Assembly: GCA_036262835.1 (NCBI GenBank)
Contig: DATAID010000105.1
Span: forward strand, 35,303-99,302
Reading direction: 5' to 3'
DNA length: 64,000 nt
From: Burkholderiales bacterium
Lineage (GTDB): Bacteria; Pseudomonadota; Gammaproteobacteria; Burkholderiales; SG8-39
A program made the translations under genes and the position numbers. Position 1 is the stretch's first letter. The number at the start of each line of letters is the position of its first letter. A model generated the notes under the pieces. The model saw nothing but the letters and a program-made list of their open reading frames with translations. It was not told the DNA's origin and did no database searches. Shown piece by piece: positions 42,116 to 51,591 of this stretch.

Positions 42116-42165
42116 ACGAAACCAGGGCGAGGCCGCCGTTCACCCCGCCCATCGCGCGTACGCCG

Positions 42166-44073
42166 ATGGCGCCGGAGCACTGGCACGGCCCGCCCGGCCA
42201 CCGCGATGACGAGCCGTGGATGCGCGCCGCGGCGCGACGCCGCGGGCTCCTCATCGCGCTCGTCGTGCTGCAGGCCGCCGCGGGCGCATGGGGAATGATC
42301 GCAGTGCTGCCCTACCACGGCGGCAACCCGCTAGAGGCCGCCACGCTCGCGCTCTTCGTCGTGCTCTTCGCCTGGATTTCGGCCGGTTTCTGGACTGCGG
42401 TGATGGGCTTCTGGCTCCTCGCGTTCGGGCGCGACCGCTACGCCATCGGCGCGGGCGTGCTGGCCGAGGCCCCGCTCCCCGCGGAGGCCCGCATCGCAGT
42501 GCTCATGCCGATCTGCAACGAGGATGTCGCGCGCGTTTTCGCCGGGCTGCGCGCCACGTGGGACTCGCTCGCCGCGACGGGCGAGGGCGCGGCGTTCGAC
42601 TTCTTCGTGCTCTCGGATTCGAGCGACGCCCGGGCGCGCGCCGATGAGCCCTGGGCGTGGCTCAATCTTTGCCAGGCCACGGGCGGCTTCGGACGCATCT
42701 TCTACCGCTGGCGCCGCGTGCGGCGCAAGAAAAAAGCGGGCAACGTCGCCGATTTCTGCCGGCGCTGGGGCCGGCACTACCGCTACATGGTGGTGCTCGA
42801 CGCCGACAGCGTGATGAGCGGGGAGTGCCTGGTGCGCCTGGTGCGCCTCATGGAGGCGAATCCCCGCGCCGGCATCCTGCAGACGCTGCCGCGCGCCGCG
42901 GGACGCGAGACGCTCTTCGCGCGCGTGCAGCAGTTCGCGAGCCGCGTGTACGGCCCCGTCTTCGCCGCGGGCCTTCATTTCTGGCAGCTCGGCGAGGCGC
43001 ACTACTGGGGCCACAACGCGATCCTCAGGGTCGCGCCCTTCATGCGCCACTGCGCGCTCGGGCGGCTCTCGGGCCGCGGGCCCTTCTCCGGCGAGATCCT
43101 GTCGCACGACTTCGTCGAGGCGGCGCTCATGCGCCGCGCCGGCTGGGGCGTCTGGCTCGCCTACCGGCTCGAGGGAAGCTACGAGGAAACGCCCCCGAGC
43201 CTCCTCGAAGAGCTCAAGCGCGACCGGCGCTGGTGCAAGGGCAACCTGCTCAACGCCCGGCTCTTCCTCGCCCCCGGCATGCCCGGGGCGCACCGGGCGC
43301 TTTTCGCGACCGGCGTCATGGCCTACCTCTCCGCGCCCCTCTGGTTCGCCTCGCTCGTGCTCGCCACCGCGACGCTCGCCGCGAATGCGCTGGTCGCGCC
43401 GCGCTATTTCGTGCACCCGGAGCAGCTCTTCCCGATCTGGCCCGAGTGGCACCCGGCCTGGGCGGCGGGGCTGCTCGCGGCAACCGCGGTGCTCCTCTTC
43501 CTGCCCAAGCTGCTTGCGCTTTTCCTGCAGTGCGCACGGGACGCGGAGGGCTTTGCCGGCCGCGCGCGCCTCGCGCTCGGCGTGCTCGCCGAATCGGCGC
43601 TCTCCATGCTGCTTGCGCCCGTGCGCATGATGTTCCACAGCAAATTCGTCGCCGCCGCGCTCGTCGGCGCCACCGTGGCATGGCGCTCTCCGCCGCGCGC
43701 CGACGCGCAGACGGGCTGGCGCGAGGCGCTGCGCCGCCACGGCGCGCACACGCTTTTGGGCGTCGCCTGGATCGCGCTGGTCGCGCGCCTCGCGCCCGGC
43801 GCGCTCCTCTGGCTTGCGCCCGTTGCCGGCGCGCTCGTGCTCTCGATTCCCGTCTCGGTGCTCTCGAGCCGGGTATTCCTCGGGCGCCGCGCGCGCGCCG
43901 CGGGGCTCTTCGTCGTGCCCGAGGAGGCTTCGCCGGCGCCGGAGCTGCGCCGGTTGAAGGAGCTGCTCGGGCCCTCGGCCGACGCGCCTAGCGGCTTACC
44001 CGGTTTCGGCCGCCCCGCTTCGCCCGATAAAGGGCTTCATCAGCCGCCTTCATTACCTGCGCGGGCGTCCTAG
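42166..44073 (+). CDS. opgH: Glucans biosynthesis glucosyltransferase OpgH (MdoH)
   Basis: Near-identical blocks to E. coli MdoH as I recall it: [80 protein letters not shown]. The N-terminal region is shorter than in E. coli, and the ATG 42166 start is tentative. Confidence 0.85.
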   Translation: MAPEHWHGPPGHRDDEPWMRAAARRRGLLIALVVLQAAAGAWGMIAVLPYHGGNPLEAATLALFVVLFAWISAGFWTAVMGFWLLAFGRDRYAIGAGVLAEAPLPAEARIAVLMPICNEDVARVFAGLRATWDSLAATGEGAAFDFFVLSDSSDARARADEPWAWLNLCQATGGFGRIFYRWRRVRRKKKAGNVADFCRRWGRHYRYMVVLDADSVMSGECLVRLVRLMEANPRAGILQTLPRAAGRETLFARVQQFASRVYGPVFAAGLHFWQLGEAHYWGHNAILRVAPFMRHCALGRLSGRGPFSGEILSHDFVEAALMRRAGWGVWLAYRLEGSYEETPPSLLEELKRDRRWCKGNLLNARLFLAPGMPGAHRALFATGVMAYLSAPLWFASLVLATATLAANALVAPRYFVHPEQLFPIWPEWHPAWAAGLLAATAVLLFLPKLLALFLQCARDAEGFAGRARLALGVLAESALSMLLAPVRMMFHSKFVAAALVGATVAWRSPPRADAQTGWREALRRHGAHTLLGVAWIALVARLAPGALLWLAPVAGALVLSIPVSVLSSRVFLGRRARAAGLFVVPEEASPAPELRRLKELLGPSADAPSGLPGFGRPASPDKGLHQPPSLPARAS

Positions 44074-45229
44074 CGCGCTCCGAGGGCTCGGCGCAGCCGA
44101 TCGAGATCGTGACCGAGAGCAGCTTTTCGGGCGGGAGCGAATCGTCTCCCGAGTCTTCCCTGGTGCGGCGCTTCTCGCCCTCCTCCTTGTCCTTGGGGCG
44201 GTTCTCGCCGCGCACCGCCATGCGGTAGGCTTCGACCGCCGCGCGGATCGCTTCCAGGTGCGGCTGCGCTTCGCCCAGCGCCGCCTCGGGAAAGAGCACG
44301 GTGAACTCCTCCCCGCCGTAGCGAAAGGCACGTCCGCCGCCTTCGACCTCGGCCAGCCGCGCGGCGACGAGCTTGAGCACCTGATCGCCGATGTCATGGC
44401 CGTGGGTATCGTTGAAGGACTTGAAATGGTCGACGTCCGCCATGGCGATCACGTAGCGCGGGCCGAGGCCCGCCATCGCTTCGAGCAGCGCGCGCCGGCC
44501 CGGAAGCCCGGTCAGCTCGTCGTGGAAAGCGAGCCGGTAGGACTCCTGCAGCATCGCCACGACGAGCACCGCGCCCGCGGCGGAAGTGAAAACGCCGAAG
44601 ATCGCCGGGTCGCGCGCCCACTCCGAGGCGAGGTAGAAGGCGATGAGCGCCCCGGCGAGGCCGATGTCGAGCGGCGCGAAACGATCGGATTTTCTCGGCC
44701 AAGCGCGCCAGATCGCGCCGGCCACCGCGGCGACGAAGAGAAGGCGCCCGAGGAGCGGCACGGGCGGCGACCGCAGAAGCCAGTGATCGAGCATGTCCTG
44801 CCAGACCGTCCCCGAGAGCGCGCTGCGTCCGGAAGCCGCGATCCAGGCGACCAGCAGCACCTCGGCAGCGGCGATGAAAAGCCATCGGTAATCGCCGTGG
44901 TACTTCACGCCTCTTTCGGGGAGCAGCAGCGCCGCAAGGACATTCGCCGGAACCAGCACCGTGGCCGCCGCGAACACGGCTCGGGCGGTGAAGCTCGCTT
45001 CGCCAAAGCCGAGGGCGTAGCGGTAGCCCGCGTAGGCGAGAAAGAGGGAAAGCGCGGCCACCAGCGCCCGGCCGCGGTTGAACCACAAGCCCACCCCCGC
45101 CGAGACGAGGAGAGCGAAGTAGGGGCCGTACTCCTTCAGTCCCGAGAGCGAAGGGGGCAAGGCCGGCCCCGCCCAAAGCGCGAGCGCCGCGGCGGCGATG
45201 ATCGCCACCGGCGCAACGAGCGGCTTCAA
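43988..45229 (-). CDS. Polytopic membrane GGDEF diguanylate cyclase
   Basis: About 7 TM helices, then [12 protein letters not shown]...RYGGEEF...[13 protein letters not shown]. The start is tentative: TTG 45229, 1 nt after the upstream stop. The first ~90 aa of the track ORF are an out-of-frame read of the upstream gene. Confidence 0.8.
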   Translation of the reverse strand: MKPLVAPVAIIAAAALALWAGPALPPSLSGLKEYGPYFALLVSAGVGLWFNRGRALVAALSLFLAYAGYRYALGFGEASFTARAVFAAATVLVPANVLAALLLPERGVKYHGDYRWLFIAAAEVLLVAWIAASGRSALSGTVWQDMLDHWLLRSPPVPLLGRLLFVAAVAGAIWRAWPRKSDRFAPLDIGLAGALIAFYLASEWARDPAIFGVFTSAAGAVLVVAMLQESYRLAFHDELTGLPGRRALLEAMAGLGPRYVIAMADVDHFKSFNDTHGHDIGDQVLKLVAARLAEVEGGGRAFRYGGEEFTVLFPEAALGEAQPHLEAIRAAVEAYRMAVRGENRPKDKEEGEKRRTREDSGDDSLPPEKLLSVTISIGCAEPSERARTPAQVMKAADEALYRAKRGGRNRVSR

Positions 45230-45230
45230 T

Positions 45231-45635
45231 TCAGTCGCGCCCGCGGCGCGCACGCGCCCTCCGCGTCTTCGCGGGCACGGCCGCCAGCTCGATGCTGTGC
45301 TCCTCCGAATGGTCCTCCAGCAGCGGCGGCGCGCCCGCGGTCTTCTCCAGCACGGCGGCGAGCGGCTCGAAGACCGGCGAAGCCTCGTTCGCGCTGTAGC
45401 GGACCTGGTTGCCCAGGCGCTCGGCGTTGAGCAGTCCCGCATCGGCGAGGAGCCGCAACTCCCGGTGCAGCGAACCGGCCGGGACGCCGGTGAGCCGGGC
45501 AATCATGCGCACGTGAAAGCTGTCTCCGGGCCGCAGCAGCAGGAGCGAGAGGACGCGGTACCGGTACGCGCCGAACAGCAGGTCCGCGAGGTCGGGGCTC
45601 GGCTCCTCTGCGGCGGCGTGGTCGGGGGTGAGCAT
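45231..45635 (-). CDS. ArsR-like winged-helix transcriptional regulator
   Basis: 134 aa. YRYRVLSLLLL.PGDSFHVRMIARLTGVPAGSLHRELRLLADAGLL fits a wHTH fold, with a basic tail. Confidence 0.6.
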   Translation of the reverse strand: MLTPDHAAAEEPSPDLADLLFGAYRYRVLSLLLLRPGDSFHVRMIARLTGVPAGSLHRELRLLADAGLLNAERLGNQVRYSANEASPVFEPLAAVLEKTAGAPPLLEDHSEEHSIELAAVPAKTRRARARRGRD

Positions 45636-45636
45636 T

Positions 45637-45676
45637 CGTTCTCAGTATTGCTACTAATGTAGCATGTATGAGAACG
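45637..45676. promoter_or_regulatory. 40-bp AT-rich nested inverted repeat abutting the ArsR-like start codon (candidate operator)
   Basis: CGTTCTCA-gtat-TGCTAC-taat-GTAGCA-tgta-TGAGAACG. The outer 8-bp and inner 6-bp arms are perfect complements. The element begins 2 nt upstream of ATG 45635 and lies in the 69-bp gap after parC. Confidence 0.45.
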
Positions 45677-45704
45677 ACCTGCCTATCCCTTCGTACCCTG
45701 TTTT

Positions 45705-48026
45705 TTAGCCCAGCTGGTCGGGCCGGAAGCCGACGTCGCAGACGCGCCCGCGCTGCGCCCGCTTGCCCTCGAAGGCCTCGAGATCCTTCCCCTCGATGAC
45801 TTCCTCGGCCCTGTTCTTTCTCTTCACTCCGGAGACTTTGAGCGATCGACCGTCGAACACAAGAATCCCCGAAAGGAAAATCTTTTCCGGCAAACCCATG
45901 ACCTGCACGCCTACGCCGCCGTTCGGCCGCAGCGGCAGTTCTTCCAGCGGGAAGAGCAGCAGCCTCGCATCGCTGGAAAGCGCCGCCACGGCCGGGCCGC
46001 TGCCGGCGACGACGGGCGGAAGCGCCTTGGCGCCCTCGGGCACGCTCATGAAGTCCTTGCCCTGCCGGGTCTTGGAGGCGAGGTCGCCGAGCTGGCAGCG
46101 GAAGCCATAGCCGGCGGAGTTGGCGATCAGGAGCGGCGTCTCGGGGCTGCCCATCCCGATCCAGACGATCTCGTCGGAGCTCGAATTGACCAGGGTGTTC
46201 ATGGGGGCGCCATCGCCGCGGCCCGAAGGCAGCGCCGCCGCGTCCACGCTGAAGGCCTTGCCGCTCGAGGCGAGCACGGTGAGCGTGTCGGTGGTCTTGC
46301 ACTCGAGCTCCATGTAGCGCGCATCGCCGTCCTTGAAGCTGACCGACTCCATGTCCACGCCGTGGCCGCTGCGGGCGCGCACCCAGCCCTTCCTCGAGAG
46401 GATCACCGTGATCGGCTCCTCCAGCACCGTGCGCTCGATCTGGGCGCGCTCGGCCGTCTTGATGAGCGTCCTGCGGTCGTCGCCGTACTTCTTCGCGTCC
46501 TCGTCCAGCTCCTTCGTGACGAGCTTCTTCAGCACTTTCTCGTCGTCGAGGATCTCTTTCAAGCCCTTCCTCTCGGTTTCCAGGGTCTTGCGCTCGTCGT
46601 TCAGCTTCACGCCGTCGAGCTTGGTGAGCTGGCCCAGGCGCAGGTTGACGATGTCCTCCGCCTGCCGCTCGGTGAACTTGTACTTCGACTTCAGCTTCTC
46701 TTTTGCTTCCGCCTGGTCGTCGCAGGACCGGATCAGCTTGATGATCTCGTCGATCTTGACGAAGGCGAGGAGCCGCCCCATCACGATGTGCAGGCGGTCC
46801 TGGCATTTCTCCAGCCGGAACTGCGTGCGGCGCTTGACCGTGGCAAGGCGGAACTCGGTCCACTCGCGCAGGACCGTGACGAGGTCCTTCGTCTCGGGCA
46901 GCCCGTCCAGGCCGAGCCAGGTCAGGTTGACCGGGAAGCGGGTCTCCAGCGCCGTGTGGACCATGAGCATCGCCATCAGCTCATCCGGGCTCTGGCGCGA
47001 GGAGCGGGGCTCGATCACGAGGCGCAGTTTCGATTTGCGATCCGACTCGTCGCGCACCGCCTCGATCTGGTCGAGGATGAACTGCTTGAAGCGCTTCTGC
47101 TCCTGGGAGACTTCCTTCTTGTTCCCCGAGGGCTTCGGGTTGGCGAGCGCCTCGATCTCCTCCAGCACCTGCTTCACCGACACGCCGTGCGGCAGCTCGT
47201 TGACGACGATCCGCCACTGCCCGCGGGCGAGCGTCTCCTTTTCCCACTTGGCGCGCACCACGAGCGAGCCGCGCCCCGTCTCATAGGCCTCGCGGATCTC
47301 CGCGGGCGGCGAGATGATCTGGCCGCCGCCCGGAAAGTCCGGCCCCGGCATGATCTTGAGGATCTCCTCCAGCAACTTACGATCCGGGGCCCCTCCCCCG
47401 GATTTGGCGCGGGCATGCTTGAGCACGTGCGCCGCGGCCTCGGCCACTTCGCGCAGGTTGTGCGAGGGAATGCGGGTCGAGAAGCCGACCGGAATGCCGA
47501 AGGAGCCGTTCAAAAGCCCGAAGGGCAGGCGCGCGGGCAGGAGCACCGGCTCGTCGAACTTGCCGTCGTAGTTCTTGGCGAAATCGACGGTCCCTTCGTT
47601 GATTTCGGCGAGGAGCAGCTCGGCATAGCGGGAAAGCCGCGCCTCGGTATAGCGATACGCCGCCGCGGCGTCGCCGTCGCGCGAGCCGAAATTGCCCTGC
47701 CCCTCGATCAGCGGATAGCGCATCGAGAAGGGCTGGGCGAGGTGCACCATCGCCTCGTAGGTCGAGCTGTCGCCGTGCGGGTGGTATTTGCCGAGCACTT
47801 CGCCGACGTAGCGCGCGCATTTGACGAAGCCCTGCGTGTTGGCGTCGCCCATCGCGTAGAGGATTCGCCGCTGCACGGGCTTCAACCCGTCGGCGATCTC
47901 GGGCAGCGCCCGCGACTTGACGGTCGAGACCGCGTAGCCGAGGTACGCCTGCGAGGCGTGCCGCTCGATCGGCGCGGTGTCGTCGCCTTCGTCCTTTAGG
48001 AAAAGATCGCCGGTTCTGTCGTCCAT
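45705..48026 (-). CDS. parC: DNA topoisomerase IV subunit A
   Basis: [41 protein letters not shown] and the catalytic [11 protein letters not shown] region. 773 aa, paired with a ParE-sized partner. Confidence 0.9.
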   Translation of the reverse strand: MDDRTGDLFLKDEGDDTAPIERHASQAYLGYAVSTVKSRALPEIADGLKPVQRRILYAMGDANTQGFVKCARYVGEVLGKYHPHGDSSTYEAMVHLAQPFSMRYPLIEGQGNFGSRDGDAAAAYRYTEARLSRYAELLLAEINEGTVDFAKNYDGKFDEPVLLPARLPFGLLNGSFGIPVGFSTRIPSHNLREVAEAAAHVLKHARAKSGGGAPDRKLLEEILKIMPGPDFPGGGQIISPPAEIREAYETGRGSLVVRAKWEKETLARGQWRIVVNELPHGVSVKQVLEEIEALANPKPSGNKKEVSQEQKRFKQFILDQIEAVRDESDRKSKLRLVIEPRSSRQSPDELMAMLMVHTALETRFPVNLTWLGLDGLPETKDLVTVLREWTEFRLATVKRRTQFRLEKCQDRLHIVMGRLLAFVKIDEIIKLIRSCDDQAEAKEKLKSKYKFTERQAEDIVNLRLGQLTKLDGVKLNDERKTLETERKGLKEILDDEKVLKKLVTKELDEDAKKYGDDRRTLIKTAERAQIERTVLEEPITVILSRKGWVRARSGHGVDMESVSFKDGDARYMELECKTTDTLTVLASSGKAFSVDAAALPSGRGDGAPMNTLVNSSSDEIVWIGMGSPETPLLIANSAGYGFRCQLGDLASKTRQGKDFMSVPEGAKALPPVVAGSGPAVAALSSDARLLLFPLEELPLRPNGGVGVQVMGLPEKIFLSGILVFDGRSLKVSGVKRKNRAEEVIEGKDLEAFEGKRAQRGRVCDVGFRPDQLG

Positions 48027-48032
48027 GGTGGT

Positions 48033-48251
48033 CTACCTGAAAAGGTCGAGTTGCTTGTCGGCCATCGCGACGGCTGCCTCGACGGCTCTCTTGGCTTTCT
48101 CGAGGCCTTCGGCGCTGCCGCCGCGGCCCGCGGCTTCCCAGCTATAGCGTCCCCGCTCGGCGAGCGTCACCTTGCCGAGCTTCGTTTTCCCCTGCCAATA
48201 CACGTGTCCCTTGTAAGCGCGTTCCCAGACGGGTTTCTTGCTCTTAGACAT
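48033..48251 (-). CDS. 72-aa protein of unknown function embedded between parE and parC; C-terminus is QLDLFR
   Basis: The ATG overlaps the parE stop (ATGTCTAA). The stop lies 6 nt before the parC ATG. Third codon positions are GC-rich like the neighbours. No recognisable domain. Confidence 0.5.
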   Translation of the reverse strand: MSKSKKPVWERAYKGHVYWQGKTKLGKVTLAERGRYSWEAAGRGGSAEGLEKAKRAVEAAVAMADKQLDLFR

Positions 48252-50214
48252 CCGCCTCGACGGACTTCCAATGCTCGCGCATCCAGTTGCGCCGCCCTTC
48301 CGCTTCGCCGGAATCCATGAGGAGCTCGAAAGTCGCGCGCGCCTTCTTCAGGTTCTTCTGGTCGAACTCCATGCGCACCAGTCGCCGCGTGTCCGGGTTC
48401 ATGGTCGTCTCCCAGAGCTGCTCGGGGCTCATTTCGCCCAGGCCCTTGAAACGCGACACTTCCCAGCTGCCCTCCTTCACCTTTTCCTTCTTCAGCTTGC
48501 CGATTTCCTCGTCGAGCTCCTCGTCGTCGAGGCAGTAGATGCGCCGCGCGGGCTTGCCTTTGCCCTGCGAGGGAACTTCGAGCTTGAAGAGCGGTGGCTG
48601 AGCGACGTAGACGTGGCCGCTCGCCACGAGCTTGGGGGCGTGCATGAAGAAAAACGTGAGGAGCAGCGCCTGGATGTGGCCGCCGTCGACGTCGGCGTCG
48701 GTCATGATGACGATCTTGCCGTAGCGCAGCCCCGAGAGGTCCGGCGTCTCCTCCGGCCCGTGCGGATCGACGCCGATGGCGGTGGCGATCGCCTGCAGCT
48801 CCTTGTTCGCGAGCACGGTGCGCGAGTCCTTGGACATCGTGTTGAGCACCTTGCCGCGCAGGGGCAGGATCGCCTGGTTCTCCTTGTTGCGCGCCTCTTT
48901 CGCCGAGCCGCCGGCCGAATCGCCCTCGACCATGAAGAGCTCGTTGCGCGACGTGTCGTCGGAGGCGCAATCGACGAGCTTGCCCGGCAGCGTGGCGACG
49001 CCCGAGGATTTCTTGCGCTCGAACTTCTTGCCCTTGGAGAGCCGCGCGAGCGCCTGCTCGATCGCGAGCTCGGCGATCTTCTTGCCTTCGTCCGGGTGCT
49101 GGTTCAGCCACAGCTCGAAGGCATCCTTGGTGCAGAGCTCGAGGAGCTTCGAGGCGTGCCGCGTGGTGAGCTTTTCCTTGGTCTGCCCGTGAAACTGCGT
49201 GCGCACGATGCGCGCCGACAGGGTGAAGCACGCGCGCCCCCACAAATCCTCGGCGATCACCTTGACGCCCTTGGGCTGAAGCGAGCGCGTATCCATGAAG
49301 GCGGCGAGCGCCTCGAACACGCCGTTGCGAAAGCCCGCCTCGTGCGTGCCGCCTGAGCGCGTGGGGATGAGGTTGACGTGGCTATCGGCGAAGACCTCGC
49401 CCTCGGTCACCCAGCCGATCGCCCAGTTGGCGCCTTCGCCGGGCTCGATCTCGGAACTGCCTTGCGCGGATTTCTCGTCGAAGAACTTCTCACCCGTGAA
49501 AAGAGGGGCGACCAGCTCCCGGCCCTGCAGCATGAAGTCGAAATACTGCGCCATGCCTTTCTCGTACTTCCAGGTCTTGTCGCCCTTGCCCTCGACCTTG
49601 AGAACCGTCGTCAAACCCGGCAGCAGGTAGGCCTTGGAGCGGATCAGGTGCTCGAGCTCCGCCATCGGAATATTGGGCGAGTCGAAGTACTTCGGATCGG
49701 GCCAAAGGCGCACGACGGTGCCGCTGCCCTTTTCCTTCGACTTTTCGCTCTTGAGCTTCGTCTTGACCTCGCCACCCTCGAACGCGATGAAGTTCTTCTT
49801 CCCGTCCCGATAAACGGTCACCTCGCAGCGCCTGGAGAGCGCATTGGAGACGGCGACGCCGACGCCATGCAGGCCGCCGGAGATGTGATAGACGCCCTCG
49901 CCCGATTTCGAGAACTTGCCGCCGGCGTGCAGCATCGTGAAGGCGACCTCGACCGCGGGCCGTCCTTCCCCCTTGTGGAGATCGACCGGGATGCCGCGGC
50001 CCTCGTCCTCGACCTCGACCGAGCCGTCCTTGAAGACGGTGATGGTGATTTTCTTGCCGTAACCGGCGAGCGCCTCGTCCACCGCATTGTCGATCGCCTC
50101 CTGCACGATGTGCAGCGGGTGGATCGTGTGGGTGTACATGCCCGGCATGCGCCGGACGGGCTCGAGCCCTTTAAGCGCCTCGATCGCGGAGGCGTCGTAG
50201 ACCTGCTTGGCCAT
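48244..50214 (-). CDS. parE: DNA topoisomerase IV subunit B
   Basis: Starts MAKQVYDASAIEALKGLEPVRRMPGMYT, with GHKL ATPase motifs (GGLHGVG) and Toprim motifs (EGDSAGG, IMTDADVDGGHI). At 656 aa it is ParE-sized, not GyrB-sized. Confidence 0.9.
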   Translation of the reverse strand: MAKQVYDASAIEALKGLEPVRRMPGMYTHTIHPLHIVQEAIDNAVDEALAGYGKKITITVFKDGSVEVEDEGRGIPVDLHKGEGRPAVEVAFTMLHAGGKFSKSGEGVYHISGGLHGVGVAVSNALSRRCEVTVYRDGKKNFIAFEGGEVKTKLKSEKSKEKGSGTVVRLWPDPKYFDSPNIPMAELEHLIRSKAYLLPGLTTVLKVEGKGDKTWKYEKGMAQYFDFMLQGRELVAPLFTGEKFFDEKSAQGSSEIEPGEGANWAIGWVTEGEVFADSHVNLIPTRSGGTHEAGFRNGVFEALAAFMDTRSLQPKGVKVIAEDLWGRACFTLSARIVRTQFHGQTKEKLTTRHASKLLELCTKDAFELWLNQHPDEGKKIAELAIEQALARLSKGKKFERKKSSGVATLPGKLVDCASDDTSRNELFMVEGDSAGGSAKEARNKENQAILPLRGKVLNTMSKDSRTVLANKELQAIATAIGVDPHGPEETPDLSGLRYGKIVIMTDADVDGGHIQALLLTFFFMHAPKLVASGHVYVAQPPLFKLEVPSQGKGKPARRIYCLDDEELDEEIGKLKKEKVKEGSWEVSRFKGLGEMSPEQLWETTMNPDTRRLVRMEFDQKNLKKARATFELLMDSGEAEGRRNWMREHWKSVEADV

Positions 50215-50243
50215 GTATCTAGTATCCGCCGTTTGGCGAAGTA

Positions 50244-51590
50244 CTAGATATTGTACAGGGCTCCCGCCTGCGGCAGGGTCTCGAGGCCGCGCAGCCGCTC
50301 GAAAAGGCCGTCGCGGCGGCCCGACGGCAGCGAGCCGGCCAGGCAATCGTCGAACTTGGCGCGCAGCTCCTCCAGGCCGATCGGGTTCCTCGCATGGCCC
50401 CGGGCGTAGCGCACCGGGCCGCTTGCGAGCGAGCGCCCGTCGGCAAGGTGGATGGTCACGCTGTCCTCGGGCGCAAAGAGCGGCTCGAGGGGATCGGCTG
50501 CGTCGGTTGTCGTGATCCGGACCTTCGGAAAGAGGGCCTGAATCTCCTTCCGCCGGACGAATTCGTCGGTCAGCTCGTTCAATCCGACCTTGCCGGCGAC
50601 GACGGAGGCGGCCGCGGCGAATTCGGCGCTGAACTTGGCGTCCAGCCCGCTCTGCGGCCGGCTGTTGCGCAGCACCTGGGCCTGCAGCCGGCCGATTTTG
50701 AGTTCTATTTCTTTTATTTTTTCCACAGAAAAATCATTTTTGGATTTCAAAGCCAGCAACCCGTCGATTGAGCGGTGAAGCGCATAGCAGACCGGATAGC
50801 GTTTCACGTTCAAGCCGAGCTTGAGGATGTGCCACTCGCGCCCGGCCTTGATCTCGCCGTCGAGCCGCGCGTTGCCTTTCGGCGAATACGCCGCGAGCAT
50901 GCCTCCGGATTTGTGCTCAAGCGCATCGGGCGAGGACGTCATGCCAGCCGCCGCAAGTCGCGCCGCCGTGATGCCGCTTTGCGCCGCCCGCCCCGCCTGG
51001 AAGGGCTTGGTCATCGAGCCGAAGTTGGCCCCGAGCCCCGCGGACATCGACGCCGCGATGCCGAGTGCATTCTGGGTGCGCTTCGCATCCAGCCGCGCAA
51101 GCCGCGCCGCCGCGGCAGCCGCACCGACCGCGCCGAACACCGCGGTCGGATGCCAGCCCTTGCCGTGGTGCGGGTCGGCGTCGCGCGAAGAGAGCTCGGC
51201 CCAGCACTCGTAGCCCGCGACATACGCGGTCGCGAGGTCTGCGCCCGTGACGCCGAGGCGCTCGCCTTCGGCGAGGATCGCCGGCACGAGCACCACGCTC
51301 GGGTGACCGTCGATACCGACGTCGTCGAAGTCGAGCGCGTGCGCCGCCGCGCCGTTGAGGAGCGCCGCATCGGTCGATGAGGTCATGCCGCGGTCGAAGT
51401 GGATACGCGCTTCCTTCTTCTCGCTGAAAAGACCCTCCTCGAAAAGGATCTGGGCGACGGGCTCATTGCGGCCGGCGAACATGACGCCGACGCAGTCGAT
51501 AAAGCCCCTTTTGGCCGTTTCCACCGCTTCCTCTGGAACGGACTGGAGAGACGAAACAAATTCCGCCAGTTGCTGGGTGAGTCCGTTCAT
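50244..51590 (-). CDS. MmgE/PrpD-family protein
   Basis: Starts MNGLTQQLAEFVSSL...AKRGFIDCVGVMFAG, continuing AAHALDFDD...HPS. The ATG lies 1 nt after the upstream stop. Confidence 0.8.
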   Translation of the reverse strand: MNGLTQQLAEFVSSLQSVPEEAVETAKRGFIDCVGVMFAGRNEPVAQILFEEGLFSEKKEARIHFDRGMTSSTDAALLNGAAAHALDFDDVGIDGHPSVVLVPAILAEGERLGVTGADLATAYVAGYECWAELSSRDADPHHGKGWHPTAVFGAVGAAAAAARLARLDAKRTQNALGIAASMSAGLGANFGSMTKPFQAGRAAQSGITAARLAAAGMTSSPDALEHKSGGMLAAYSPKGNARLDGEIKAGREWHILKLGLNVKRYPVCYALHRSIDGLLALKSKNDFSVEKIKEIELKIGRLQAQVLRNSRPQSGLDAKFSAEFAAAASVVAGKVGLNELTDEFVRRKEIQALFPKVRITTTDAADPLEPLFAPEDSVTIHLADGRSLASGPVRYARGHARNPIGLEELRAKFDDCLAGSLPSGRRDGLFERLRGLETLPQAGALYNI

Positions 51591-51591
51591 G

